Under the pieces are notes generated by a model, which was not told the origin of the DNA, ran no database searches, and saw only the letters and a program-made list of their open reading frames with translations. A stretch of 50,341 bases of DNA from positions 1-50,341 of the forward strand of contig JAATFH010000513.1 in the NCBI GenBank assembly GCA_015655315.1. Reading direction: 5' to 3'. Both the position numbers and the translations under genes were made by a program. The DNA is from Terriglobales bacterium. Lineage in GTDB: Bacteria; Acidobacteriota; Terriglobia; Terriglobales; Acidobacteriaceae. This document shows, in pieces, positions 28,530 through 39,109 of the stretch (its first letter is position 1; each line of letters opens with the position of its first letter).

Positions 28530-29714
28530 ATGGACTACATGCGGATTGCAGGCAAAGAGGTAAAGGTAAATATGACGTCTCCAGCGATTTCCGTCGTGAT
28601 GTGTGTCTACAATGGAGCTCGGTTTTTACGCGAGGCTATCGAGAGTATTCTCGATCAAAGCTTTACCGACTTTGAATTCATTATTATTAACGATGGATCG
28701 ACGGACAATACCGCATCGATTCTAGATTCATATGCGAATCGGGATGCACGCGTACATGTCTATAGCCAGGAAAATAGAGGCTTGACAGACTCCCTTAATT
28801 TCGGATGCAGTCTTGCAAAGGGCCAGTTTGTGGCTCGGATGGACGCCGACGACATCGCCATCAAGGACCGCTTTATATCGCAAATCGAATTCATGGATAT
28901 GCATCCGGATGTTGGTCTCCTCGGCGGAGCCTTCGAGCTGATTGATGCCAGCGGCAAGACGCTCTGCACTGCTGTTAACCCGCTCGAAGATCGTGAAATC
29001 AGGGAAGCTCTTCAGGACGGAAGCGTTTTTCTTCACCCTTCAGTACTTATGCGTAAAAAGGCTCTGGATTTAGTGGGAGGGTATCGAAAGGTTCTCCACG
29101 CTGAAGACTATGATTTGTGGTTGAGGATGTCTGAGCAGATGCGCGTGGCAAATTTGCAGGAAGTGATTCTTAAGTACAGAGTTCATCCTGAACAGATATC
29201 TGTCAGCAAATGCAGAGAGCAGGCGCTCTGGACCGGTGCAGCCCAAATCGCTGCGCAATTCAGGCGTAAGGGAAAACCCGATCCACTGAATTCGATTGTC
29301 GAAATGAACTCGTCCGTACTGGCCGAGCTCGGCTTGAGTGAGTCCGACCAGCAGACGAACATTGCAAGAGGCTACTTGCGGTGCGCCCGTAATCTATACA
29401 GAGGCGGCGAATATGCCCTCGCTGTTAATGCCATCGAGGCCTTGCATGCGGCGGATTTGAAAAAAGCTGAAACTTGGATCGTCGCGGACTCTTATTTATG
29501 GGCGGCAAAGCTATATTGGCATGAAAAGAAATTCCCGAAATGCGCGTTCAACGTTTGTTGCGCCGTCGTCACACGACCCATCATATTGGCTCGTCCCCTC
29601 AAACCGTCGCTCCAATGGTTGAAAACCATACGCCAGCCAACCTGGAGTTCTTCTGGGGATTCACGGTTAATGGATAGGATGGCCAGCGCACCTGATAAAT
29701 CTATTGGCGCATAA
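28530..29714 (+). CDS. Glycosyltransferase family 2
   Basis: ISVVMCVYNG, INDGSTD, ARMDADD, AEDYDLWLR. RBS GGGAGG. Confidence 0.92.
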   Translation: MDYMRIAGKEVKVNMTSPAISVVMCVYNGARFLREAIESILDQSFTDFEFIIINDGSTDNTASILDSYANRDARVHVYSQENRGLTDSLNFGCSLAKGQFVARMDADDIAIKDRFISQIEFMDMHPDVGLLGGAFELIDASGKTLCTAVNPLEDREIREALQDGSVFLHPSVLMRKKALDLVGGYRKVLHAEDYDLWLRMSEQMRVANLQEVILKYRVHPEQISVSKCREQALWTGAAQIAAQFRRKGKPDPLNSIVEMNSSVLAELGLSESDQQTNIARGYLRCARNLYRGGEYALAVNAIEALHAADLKKAETWIVADSYLWAAKLYWHEKKFPKCAFNVCCAVVTRPIILARPLKPSLQWLKTIRQPTWSSSGDSRLMDRMASAPDKSIGA

Positions 29715-29843
29715 ATATGGTGGAAGCCTTTACAGGACTAAGCCTGTCAGACCCTATTTGTTTTTCAGGGTCGGTCATTCATCTTATCCATGGCACTTCA
29801 AGGCGCGACGATTCATGCCAAACAAAATCACAATGAGCATTGA

Positions 29844-30929
29844 ATGAAAATTCTTTTCATCCTTCCACAGGAGGGAAACCATCCCATTGGCGGGTTCAAA
29901 GTAGTTTATGAATACGCTAATCACCTAGCTAGACGGGGCCATCGAGTTCATGTCCTGCACACAGCTTTGATGGTACCTAAATACATGCGCGGCCATCTCA
30001 AGCAACGGTTACGTGCGTTGAGGTACTTTCCCTTTGCAATTAGAGGAAACTGGAAGCCTGATAAATGGTTTACTTTGGATCCTGCTGTCGAGATATCCTG
30101 GGTACCTTGGCTATCCAGAGTATTCATGCCTGAGGCAGACGTATATGTTGCAACATGGTGGAGTTCGGCGGAACATCTCAATGCAGTCCGTAATCTCTCG
30201 GGCAGACGTCTCTATTTGATCCAACATCTGGAAACATGGGGTGGCCCCAAGGAACAGGTCATGGCCACCTGGAAGATGCCTCTCGAAAAGATCGTTATCT
30301 CCCGGTGGCTCCAAAAGATCGGTTCAGATATTGGTGAGCGCTGCCATTACATTCCAAATGGGCTCGACTTCACGAGGTTTGGGCGAGATGTTCAGCCTGC
30401 ATCGCGTCAACCAGGACGCATAGCGATGCTATTCAATAATCAGGCCCCATGGAAAGGGTCAGCAGATGGACTTGCCGCGCTATGCCAACTGAAAGATAAA
30501 TATCCACAACTTGAAGCCGAACTCTTTGGTATATATGAGCGTCCCGACAACATACCTCCGTGGATTCTTTATCATAAGCGCCCCACCCAGAATGAGTTAA
30601 GACGGATATACAACCATGCGGCAATTTTCATCGCGCCTAGTCATAGCGAGGGCTGGGGGCTTCCGCCATCAGAAGCGATGACCTGCGGTGCAGCTGTTGT
30701 CGCCACGGACATAGGCGGACATCAAGAATTCTGTAGACAAATGGACACAGCGCTTCTCGTGCCGCCAAAAGACCCCAACGCATTGGCTGAGGCAGTGAGT
30801 CTGCTCATAAAAGATCAGACTCTCCGGACTCGAATTGCAAATAGCGGACACGACAACATCCAGCAATTCACTTGGGAAGCATCCACAAACGCGTTCGAAC
30901 AAGTATTATCGAACCGAGAAGATATCTAA
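29844..30929 (+). CDS. Glycosyltransferase family 4
   Basis: GGFKVVYEYAN, VATWW, WKGSADG, EGWGLPPSEAMTCG. Confidence 0.92.
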   Translation: MKILFILPQEGNHPIGGFKVVYEYANHLARRGHRVHVLHTALMVPKYMRGHLKQRLRALRYFPFAIRGNWKPDKWFTLDPAVEISWVPWLSRVFMPEADVYVATWWSSAEHLNAVRNLSGRRLYLIQHLETWGGPKEQVMATWKMPLEKIVISRWLQKIGSDIGERCHYIPNGLDFTRFGRDVQPASRQPGRIAMLFNNQAPWKGSADGLAALCQLKDKYPQLEAELFGIYERPDNIPPWILYHKRPTQNELRRIYNHAAIFIAPSHSEGWGLPPSEAMTCGAAVVATDIGGHQEFCRQMDTALLVPPKDPNALAEAVSLLIKDQTLRTRIANSGHDNIQQFTWEASTNAFEQVLSNREDI

Positions 30930-31007
30930 CGCTTATATATCTTCTTTTAAGGGAATCTCAGAATAGGACTGCGCTCCAGACTTCAAATCAAAAACCGCTG
31001 GCAATTC

Positions 31008-32447
31008 TCAAGCGACAACATGAAAGCCGTATTCCTCTTCCTTTTGTCTATTATCTTCGTCGCTTTCCAGCTCTCTCTCGACGTCTTCCAATTCCTCAGA
31101 CTGTTCCCTCCGACGAACCACTCTTGGAAGACTTACTACCAGCGAGATCAATATCCAATTCATATAACCTTGCTGTCCCCATGCATAAGCTGCAACGCTT
31201 AGCATAAGAAAGTTGAACCCGCCAAGGCAGATAAAGAGTACTGCGCTAAGATACTTCTCCGGACGCGGTAATGTGGAGTAATTACGGAGCGCGAGAAACA
31301 TAGGCTTAAAGAGCAGTGCTCCGATAAGTATCAGTCCTACATACCCGGTTTCATAGAGGAATGCCGCCCAATTGTCGTCGCAAGTATGTGTACGCCCATA
31401 GTTTCCCAGGAACATGATATCGAGCCCAAGCTCACGAAATGTTCCTAGCCCATATCCCAACAGTGTACGAGCTGGATCCTTTAGGACAGCTGCTTTGACT
31501 GCCTCTGAAATCGTATGCCGAAATAGGTATGAAGATCCAACTGGGCTCGTAGGATCTGTACTTGTCGTATAAAGGGAGCTCATTGTCTCCCATATGCCTG
31601 GACGAGCAAGTAAAACAACCAGGACCAGTAGGGCGATAGAGACTAAATATTTTCTCACGCCAGTCTTTACTAGAAAGAATAGAAGCGTCAGAGCAATGCC
31701 GGTGCATATCCATGGCCCTCTGCTAGAGGTCTTGTAGTCTGCCCAGAACATCAATATTAAAACGAGCCAGAGTAATGAGCGCTTCTTCCCCTTCTCCCAT
31801 ACGCTCAGGAGATAAAGCGTGAAAGGAATACTCATCGCGAGAGCATCCCCGAAGAGGATAGGGTGCGGAAAAGTCGAGCGGACCCGCAATCCCCTTCCAA
31901 TCTCAACATATAGGGGATCTGCACGACCGTCGTAGGTAATCCATAAGTTAGAAGGAAATATGCTCAGGATGCTCCACGAGGCGTACGCTTCAAACAATGA
32001 AAATACACAACATAGGCCGACCGCCATCATCATCGCATAGACGATTTTATAAATTGTTTCTACGCTGGAAATGGTTTTTACCAAGAGATAGTACATTAGG
32101 TAGTATTCGAGAACCTGAGAGAGTACTTGCTTTGCGCTGGTGAGAACCGAAAGGGAATAGAGCGCAGAACAGATGGCCCATCCGATGTGCAAGAACATCA
32201 ATCCCTTTAAGGGGAGGGGTTCGCTACTACTAGTAGGTCTGCCTTTGGCAATGTACAGAATCAACAAGGTCAGGAGCGACAGTCTCATCGTATTGAAATC
32301 GAAGAGTCCGGGAATGACCAGTCTCGATTCGAGCGGCATTAAGACCAGAAAAAAGCAGAAAACTGGCAGTGCGTCCTCCAAGCGCCGCCGGCTGGACACG
32401 ACCAGACTCACTACAATTACGAGTTGCAAGAAAAGAATAACAATCAT
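31008..32447 (-). CDS. Wzy polymerase / O-antigen ligase family membrane protein
   Basis: About 12 TM segments. RVRSTFPHPILFG, TSSRGPW, GYGLGTF, DDNWAAFLYETGYVG. Acidic C-terminal tail. Confidence 0.82.
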   Translation of the reverse strand: MIVILFLQLVIVVSLVVSSRRRLEDALPVFCFFLVLMPLESRLVIPGLFDFNTMRLSLLTLLILYIAKGRPTSSSEPLPLKGLMFLHIGWAICSALYSLSVLTSAKQVLSQVLEYYLMYYLLVKTISSVETIYKIVYAMMMAVGLCCVFSLFEAYASWSILSIFPSNLWITYDGRADPLYVEIGRGLRVRSTFPHPILFGDALAMSIPFTLYLLSVWEKGKKRSLLWLVLILMFWADYKTSSRGPWICTGIALTLLFFLVKTGVRKYLVSIALLVLVVLLARPGIWETMSSLYTTSTDPTSPVGSSYLFRHTISEAVKAAVLKDPARTLLGYGLGTFRELGLDIMFLGNYGRTHTCDDNWAAFLYETGYVGLILIGALLFKPMFLALRNYSTLPRPEKYLSAVLFICLGGFNFLMLSVAAYAWGQQGYMNWILISLVVSLPRVVRRREQSEELEDVERELESDEDNRQKEEEYGFHVVA

Positions 32448-32506
32448 TGGCTTACCGGTTAAACATTACTCTCGTCGTTCCGCATATGAGCACTCGACTA
32501 CCATTC

Positions 32507-33502
32507 CTAGATCCCTGATCTAGGACGCAACGGTTGCCGATTCTCCCATCGGCTCAAACCTAACGACCAAGCGAGAATTGCAGACCACTTGCTGGCTGCG
32601 CGAGACAGAAACTGATAGCCGCCCGGGCGAATTACAGCTGGTGTAGCGATAACCAACAGTCCAATTCTGCACAACGACATCAGCACAGTAATGGCTCTAT
32701 ACAGAGCGGCATATGGACGACCGCGGTGCAATATAAAGAAACGGACCAACGATTCGCGGAGAACGACGCTGCTGAAATTGCTCTCCTTACGCAGCGCACT
32801 GCTTCCTCCGGCATGGTGGATGATCCTGGCCTCGGGAACGTAATATATTCGATGTCCTGTCTTGGCGACCTTCAGACAGAGATCCATGTCCTCCAGGTAC
32901 ATGAAATAGTCCATACTAAAACAACAGACTTGATCGAGTACTTCCCTTTTGGCCAACATACATGCACCGGAGATGGCTTCCACCGGAACAGGAGTTTTAA
33001 TCACCTCAAACAGCGGCTGCATGCCCCAAATACTCCATTTAGGAAATGTTCTACGGAGGAAGTTCGAGGCTAGCGATTGGTTGGGAATGGAAGGGAGTGC
33101 CGTAATGCAGGTTGTTTGCAGTGAGAGATCAGAGTTCAAAAGATGGGCTCCCACCATACCCGCATCCGCTATCGACTTGAGTGCTGTGAGGAGCGTCTGG
33201 ATTGCGGTTCCTTGGATCTCTGTATCAGGGTTTAGAAACATGATGTTTCGGCCTCGGCATTTCGCAAAGGCCAAGTTGTTGGCTCCCGCAAACCCAAGAT
33301 TTTGTTCACTCTGAATAAAGATGACATCGTGAAATTCAGACTGAATCATCTCGGCGCAGCCATCATAGGAGGCATTGTCAACCACAATGACCTCATGGGA
33401 TAGTGCCCCGGCATTCTCGCGAATACTTTCCAGGCATTTGCCTACAAATGCCTTTGACTTCCAGTTGATAATGATGATGGAAAGCTCAAGAGGGTACATC
33501 AC
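32507..33502 (-). CDS. Glycosyltransferase family 2 (WbbL/rhamnosyltransferase-like)
   Basis: LSIIIINW, VVDNASYDG, NLGFAGANN, FLNPD, SGACML, FMYLEDMDLC. Start is GTG 33502 or ATG 33499. Confidence 0.92.
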   Translation of the reverse strand: MMYPLELSIIIINWKSKAFVGKCLESIRENAGALSHEVIVVDNASYDGCAEMIQSEFHDVIFIQSEQNLGFAGANNLAFAKCRGRNIMFLNPDTEIQGTAIQTLLTALKSIADAGMVGAHLLNSDLSLQTTCITALPSIPNQSLASNFLRRTFPKWSIWGMQPLFEVIKTPVPVEAISGACMLAKREVLDQVCCFSMDYFMYLEDMDLCLKVAKTGHRIYYVPEARIIHHAGGSSALRKESNFSSVVLRESLVRFFILHRGRPYAALYRAITVLMSLCRIGLLVIATPAVIRPGGYQFLSRAASKWSAILAWSLGLSRWENRQPLRPRSGI

Positions 33503-33632
33503 AGTCTCTTCCCTTCAAAACGCACGGCGGATGTTGACTGGTCTCCAGATGTCTTATGTGAAATGACTGGAGGATCTGGATAAAGTATTTGCATTTGTTC
33601 CTGCATAATCATTGTGTTAGTTACAGCTGAAA

Positions 33633-35258
33633 TCATCTGGAAGCCTCGGTATCAGGCGAAATCAACCTGCAACGCGCGAGAAACTTGCGAAGAATAGGGG
33701 CGATCTGTCCAACAGACACCAGCTTGACAAGAACACGGATTGAATAAATTGCGCTTACAACAGCCGCAATAACTCCTACTGCAATTGCGACGAAGAATGG
33801 CAATATATAGAACCCACAGAATACGATCGCAATCAGCCCGAGGAAAAGAATTCCGGTTTGCTTATTTTCAATGGACCATTCAAATCCGCTAAGGCGATGC
33901 ACAACAATATAGATAAGAAAACCGTGAAACACATACGATCCGAAAAACGCTATACCGGTACCAGTCAAACCAAAAGTACTTATGCACACCCACGCAAGGG
34001 CCAGGCTGACCAGGGTCCAGGCTAACTCGCATACGAAGAAAATCGTCTGCTTGGCCTTTGCAACAATGATGAACCCCATCGGCCAACTGATCACTTGCAG
34101 AACTGTTCCGAGGCATATCCAACGCAAAATAGGCACAGCTGCTGCAAACTTTGTGCTATAAAACAGTGCGATAACCAATGGGGCAAATGTGAGGGTGGCA
34201 ATAACTCCTGGACCAGCTAGCAGCAGACCGACCCTAGCCTGTTCATTCACGAGCCGGTTACACACAACATCATCGTTCGCGTTAGCTGTCAATCGTGGAT
34301 AAAAGTCGGCTCCCATGGCTTGCAAAATAAACCCAACATATAGCCCTCCGAGCGTCCAGGCCGATTGATATAAACCTGTCGCTTCAAAGCCTACTTTTCG
34401 CAGGACTGCTACCCGTACCACATAGGCAACTCCCATGGTCATCAGACCGCTGGACATGAATGCGAAGCCTAGCTTCAACAGGGCCGAGGACTAACGGCTG
34501 ACCGCTACAACAATTATAGAAACCCTTTCGATGGGTATTTTCCTGCTGTACCACCATGAGGTAAGCAACGCCAACGCTGCTACCGCGATAAGGGCAGGAA
34601 CGACACCTTTATCATGAAAGAAATAAACTAAGGGAATGCTGATGATGGTCCCCAAAAAGGCGCCAATGACATTCATTTTGGCCATATCAGCAATGCGCCG
34701 CATACCCTGGATCAGAGCTCCCTGGCCAAATGAGACCAAGGTAAAGAACACAGCGATGGAGAGTAAGCACACTGACACAGTGTGTTGGTTGTCCCCGAAG
34801 GTAACGGCAGAGATTTGCCGGGAAAATGCTATGAGAAATACCGCTCCTATCAAACCCAATAGGACCGACACTCTCCGCAACACAAGCGTGGTCTTTGCTA
34901 CGCGCTCCAGATCTTCCGAACTCGCGGCTTCGGCAATTTGGCGGACCCCGCTACTGTTCACGCCCATTCCCGCCAGGTTTTGCGTCAGATTTATGATGGA
35001 TCCGTACAGGCCAAACAATCCAAATCCCGCCGGGCCAAGCCGGAGCGCCATAGCCTTGGTGCGCACGATCCCGATAGCTATATTCAGGACGGAGGATCCA
35101 CCGACTAGCGCAGAAGACTTCAGTATCTGGCCGTAGGTCCCTTGTTCGACGGCGGGCGTCGTCGTATCTCCAGCCGTGAACTCCACGGAAGCAGCCATTT
35201 CAGCCATTGCTTCTACTGAAGCGTCGAGAGGAAGATCGTCACAAGGAATAGAAGCCAT
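33633..35258 (-). pseudogene. wzx: Wzx O-antigen/polysaccharide flippase interrupted by one in-frame TAG at 34491-34493
   Basis: ORFs 34491-35258 and 33633-34478 are in the same frame: ...AGC CGT TAG TCC TCG GCC CTG TTG AAG CTA (SR*SSALLKL). Both halves carry flippase motifs (RTKAMALRLGPAGFG; GLYQSAW...AMGADFYPRL). Confidence 0.8.
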
Positions 35259-35342
35259 GGGTTCCGATCGGAAATAAGGTTATGTATGGCGTGGGATGGA
35301 GCATAGGTAGCTTTCTACCGAACAGTATCGCGAGCGTACGAA

Positions 35343-36494
35343 TCAACACGCACCGCGGCCTGTGAGCACCGCTCGTGGCGTCTGCAGCAGGATTTTGAGA
35401 TCAAGCCATAACGATCTCTTTCTTGCATATTTGAGATCCATACGCACCATCTCATCAAAAGTTGTGCGTGATCGACCTTCTACCTGCCAGAGTCCAGTCA
35501 TTCCTGGCTTAAGTTCAAGGACACGGCGTCTATGCCATGCTTGATATCGTTCATATTCGTAGGGCAATGGAGGCCGAGGTCCCACCAGAGACATCTGTCC
35601 ACGAAGGACATTCACGAGTTGCGGCAACTCATCCAGGCTGCTTTTGCGGAGGAACCGGCCCAGCGGCGTGATTCTTGGATCATTCGTTAGCTTGTATGAT
35701 CCATTCCCCTGCTTGAAGTCTCCATTTCCGGTAATCAGCTTTGCTACAAACTCCTGATGTATCCGCGGATCATTGTTGGCATACATCGTACGAAATTTGA
35801 GAAATCGAAACTCCTTTCCATATTGACCTACTCGCTTTTGACAAAAGAAGACTGAACCGGCCGAGCTAATCTTTACCAGCACAGCGATGACGATGAATAT
35901 GGGGGCGAAGATAGTGAGGGCAATCAGGCTACCGATGACATCCAATACTCGTTTGATCGCAAGCCCGTGTCTGTCCTGTTGAAAACGCCCGGAAAGATCA
36001 GGGTAAAGAAGAGAGTCAGCATCACTATCCCCTTCTGCCGAGATAATCTGAGGGAAAACTCTAAAAGTAAAATTAAGACGGTCAAAGGTCTCCATACCGA
36101 CGGCTCGCCGGACCGCATCTAAAACCTTCCTCGAAAGCAATTCGATGGTCGCGGGGTCGGCACAACCGATCTCTGTAAGGAGTACCCCCAGCGTAAGATC
36201 TTGCTGATACCAACCCAGAACATCTGTATCTCTGGTCGAATCAGCTATTGACATTGCTGCCTGGTGGAACAATAGATCTCGTGCCTCGCGATGGAAATGC
36301 TCCGCCCCTATAAGCGCCAGGATGAATGGCCTACAAGAACGCTCCGACCTGCGTCGCTCCAGGCGAAGCATCTGTACAAAAAATGCCTCTTGCACCATAG
36401 GAAAGCGGAGCCCTCTTTCAAAATAAGATACGGGCTCGCTTTCCTCATACGCAGTCTTAGTCCTTGGTATAAATCCGGATTTTAGAGTAGCCAT
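35343..36494 (-). CDS. Priming sugar (phospho)transferase with an N-terminal degenerate GGDEF-like domain
   Basis: C-terminal Bac_transf domain: [51 protein letters not shown]. Start MATLK (36494) supported by the paralog starting MATVK; ORF open from 36548. Confidence 0.93.
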   Translation of the reverse strand: MATLKSGFIPRTKTAYEESEPVSYFERGLRFPMVQEAFFVQMLRLERRRSERSCRPFILALIGAEHFHREARDLLFHQAAMSIADSTRDTDVLGWYQQDLTLGVLLTEIGCADPATIELLSRKVLDAVRRAVGMETFDRLNFTFRVFPQIISAEGDSDADSLLYPDLSGRFQQDRHGLAIKRVLDVIGSLIALTIFAPIFIVIAVLVKISSAGSVFFCQKRVGQYGKEFRFLKFRTMYANNDPRIHQEFVAKLITGNGDFKQGNGSYKLTNDPRITPLGRFLRKSSLDELPQLVNVLRGQMSLVGPRPPLPYEYERYQAWHRRRVLELKPGMTGLWQVEGRSRTTFDEMVRMDLKYARKRSLWLDLKILLQTPRAVLTGRGAC

Positions 36495-36897
36495 GCGAAC
36501 AATCCTCGAAATCAATGATCCATTGAGAGAACAGATATCTGCTCCCATGCAAACTAAAACATTTCCTAAAGGGGCCCAGTATGTAGATAACCAACACTTC
36601 GTGCCGATGACTTACAACAATTACTATGGAAAACCACCACTAATACCGACGACTTAAATTTGAAGATATTCAGGATGCCAATAGGTATAGAGGGTAGAAT
36701 TCATATCTACGGCCATTTTGCTATTCCGCTCATCGCTAATAGTTATAGCAATTGATATACCAAGTTCGTCCTTTTCGCTAGCTTGACTCGTTAAATGTCT
36801 TGCTCCAACTCTACAAAGAGACCTTGCACAATCCATCGAACTTGAATAGGAGAAAGTTTAATAAAGCTAAGGGGATACACTAATTAAATTCATACGC

Positions 36898-38058
36898 TTA
36901 TCCCCATACGCTTAGACTGTGAAGAGCTTCTAAAACATAATCCTGCTCGGAGTCAGTCATCTGGTGAAAGAGCGGCAAAATGAGACCGGTGTCCGTGGCA
37001 AGCTCTGTCTGCGGAAGATCGTACTGCCCATCCTGGTAAGGCCGCTCACGATGGATTGCCATGATGGCGCGCCGGGTGGAAATACTCTTCTCCAGTAACT
37101 CCTGCATGATGGCATCACGTTTTACCGCCGAGCCATCGAGCAGCCGAATCATGTACGACTGATAATTATGGCGGCAGTTTGAAGGAACGACCGGAGTTTG
37201 CAGCCATGCAATATCCTTCAGCCCCTCGTTATATCTCTCAGCCAGGTAACGACGTCTTTCCAGAAAATCACCCAGACGGCCCAGCTGCACCATGCCGATC
37301 GCAGCCTGCATGTCAGTCATGCGGAAGTTGAAGCCAACTTCGTCATAGGTTTCCGCGGCAACTTTTTTAGAATTGTGACGCGCCACGTCGGACATGCTCA
37401 TGGCGTGCTGCCGAAGCCGGCGCAATCTCTCGGCAAGATCGCCATCGTTCGTGGTGATCATCCCGCCTTCGCCTGTCGTAAGAATCTTTCTGGGGTGGAA
37501 GCTGAAGCACGCCATCGTTCCCAGTGGTCTGCCGATCAGTTCTCCGTTGTACTCGGAACCGATGGCACAGGCTGCATCTTCGATCACAGCCAGATTGTGT
37601 GCAGACGCCACTTCGAGCAGCGCATGCATCTGCGCGGGCAAGCCGATCTGGTGCACAACAAGAATCGCCTTAGTCCGTGGCGTGATGAGCTTGGCAATTC
37701 CATCGGGATCGAGGTTGAACGTTTCGAGATCGATATCACCGAATACAGGAGTGGCTCCCACGTAAGCAATTGAGTTAGCAGTGGCGATAAAGCTGAGACT
37801 TGGGCATATGACCTCATCGCCCGGGCCGATTCCATGAGCAATCAAAGCCAGATGAAGAGCTGTCGTACAGGAGGAAACCGCAACCGCGTGGCTGCAGCCG
37901 ACATACTGTGAAAACTTTTTCTCAAATTCTGCAACACGCGGGCCTTGTGTTATCCATCCGGAGCGCAGCACTTCGACAACTGCGGTCTCTTCTTCGCCTC
38001 CGATGTAAGGACGGGCGACGGGAATGATATTGGAGATCGGTGTAGAAATAACGCTCAC
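36898..38058 (-). CDS. DegT/DnrJ/EryC1/StrS sugar aminotransferase
   Basis: SGWITQGP, SSCTTALHLAL, EDAACAIGS, FSFHPRKILTTGEGG. Confidence 0.93.
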   Translation of the reverse strand: MSVISTPISNIIPVARPYIGGEEETAVVEVLRSGWITQGPRVAEFEKKFSQYVGCSHAVAVSSCTTALHLALIAHGIGPGDEVICPSLSFIATANSIAYVGATPVFGDIDLETFNLDPDGIAKLITPRTKAILVVHQIGLPAQMHALLEVASAHNLAVIEDAACAIGSEYNGELIGRPLGTMACFSFHPRKILTTGEGGMITTNDGDLAERLRRLRQHAMSMSDVARHNSKKVAAETYDEVGFNFRMTDMQAAIGMVQLGRLGDFLERRRYLAERYNEGLKDIAWLQTPVVPSNCRHNYQSYMIRLLDGSAVKRDAIMQELLEKSISTRRAIMAIHRERPYQDGQYDLPQTELATDTGLILPLFHQMTDSEQDYVLEALHSLSVWG

Positions 38059-39041
38059 TTGGAACCTCCGACGGCTGCCATCTCAGCCCTGGCTTCTTTG
38101 TGCCACGCGAGCAACTCTTTGAGGCCGTTTTCGAGACTGACACGTGCTTTGAAGCGAAGCATTTCCTCGGCTTTATGTGTCGTGGCGCGGCGAGCCAAAA
38201 CATTGTTCACTTTCCGCGCTTCGAGATATTCGGGCTTGAGCGGAGATTCGCTGATTTTCAACATCAACATGCATAATTCCTTCAGACTCGTCTGCACTCC
38301 GGTTCCGACGTTGAAGACATCGTCATTCACATCGGATACCAGGGCGGCAATGTTCGCCCGCGCAACATCGCCGACATACACGAAGTCCATCGATTGCGAC
38401 CCGTCGCCAAAGATCTTCGGTGACTGTCCAGTCTCAAGCGCATCCATCCAACGGACCATCACCTCGGTGTAAACGCCGTCAATATCCATGCGAGGACCGT
38501 AAATATTGAAATAGCGAAGCGCAACATAAGGGAGCTGAAACATTTCGTAGTAGGAGCGCAGCATCTGCTCGTTCGCGATCTTCCCGGCTCCGTAAAGAGT
38601 CCGGTTGTTGAATGGGTGGTTTTCATCCATAGGAAGATAGGACGGATTGCCGTATACCGAGGCCGAAGATGCGGCCACAATCTTCTTGATCTTGTGGCGG
38701 ACTGCGCTTTCAAGAACGTTGGACGTTCCGTCGATCAGCACCTCGACGGCTTCGCGCGGCGCTTCGGCGCAACGTGTGATCCGCAATGCCGCTTGATGGA
38801 AGACATAGTCGCAGCCTTCGACGGCGGCGTCCACCGCATCCACATCGCGCACGTCCCCTTCGATCACTAAAAGATTTCCCTTTTGCTTCGCGCTTTCCAG
38901 ATTGCGCAGATTGCCACGGACGAAGTTATCCAGTACGCGTACCTCTGCTGCGCCCGCATCCAGCAATTGATCCGCGGTTGTGCTGCCGACAAAACCTGCC
39001 CCGCCCGTGATCAGTATCGTGGTTCCTTGAATTGCGTTCAT
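38055..39041 (-). CDS. NAD-dependent nucleotide-sugar epimerase/dehydratase
   Basis: ITGGAGFVGS, ASSASVYG, YGAGK (YxxxK), LRYFNIYGP, DFVYVGDVARAN. Start trimmed to MNAIQ, which has a GAGGA RBS. Confidence 0.92.
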   Translation of the reverse strand: MNAIQGTTILITGGAGFVGSTTADQLLDAGAAEVRVLDNFVRGNLRNLESAKQKGNLLVIEGDVRDVDAVDAAVEGCDYVFHQAALRITRCAEAPREAVEVLIDGTSNVLESAVRHKIKKIVAASSASVYGNPSYLPMDENHPFNNRTLYGAGKIANEQMLRSYYEMFQLPYVALRYFNIYGPRMDIDGVYTEVMVRWMDALETGQSPKIFGDGSQSMDFVYVGDVARANIAALVSDVNDDVFNVGTGVQTSLKELCMLMLKISESPLKPEYLEARKVNNVLARRATTHKAEEMLRFKARVSLENGLKELLAWHKEARAEMAAVGGSK

Positions 39042-39109
39042 TCTGTCCTCTTTTGCCACTTTGTTGTAATGTTGTTGTCTTCCTTGCCGCAATCTTTCAC
39101 TCTATGGAA

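Noticed and set aside
34491-34493. Genome-wide TAG reassignment or pyrrolysine
   Set aside because: Many genes here (GH38, Sdh anchor, sdhB, OPX) end at TAG at their natural C-termini, and no pyl genes are visible.
36591-36606. CGGCACGAAGTGTTGG as a sigma54 promoter for the priming transferase
   Set aside because: Good -24 half, but no GC at the required 10-nt spacing.
36654-36836. 60-aa ORF in the AT-rich spacer
   Set aside because: No recognisable motif or convincing RBS; not supportable.
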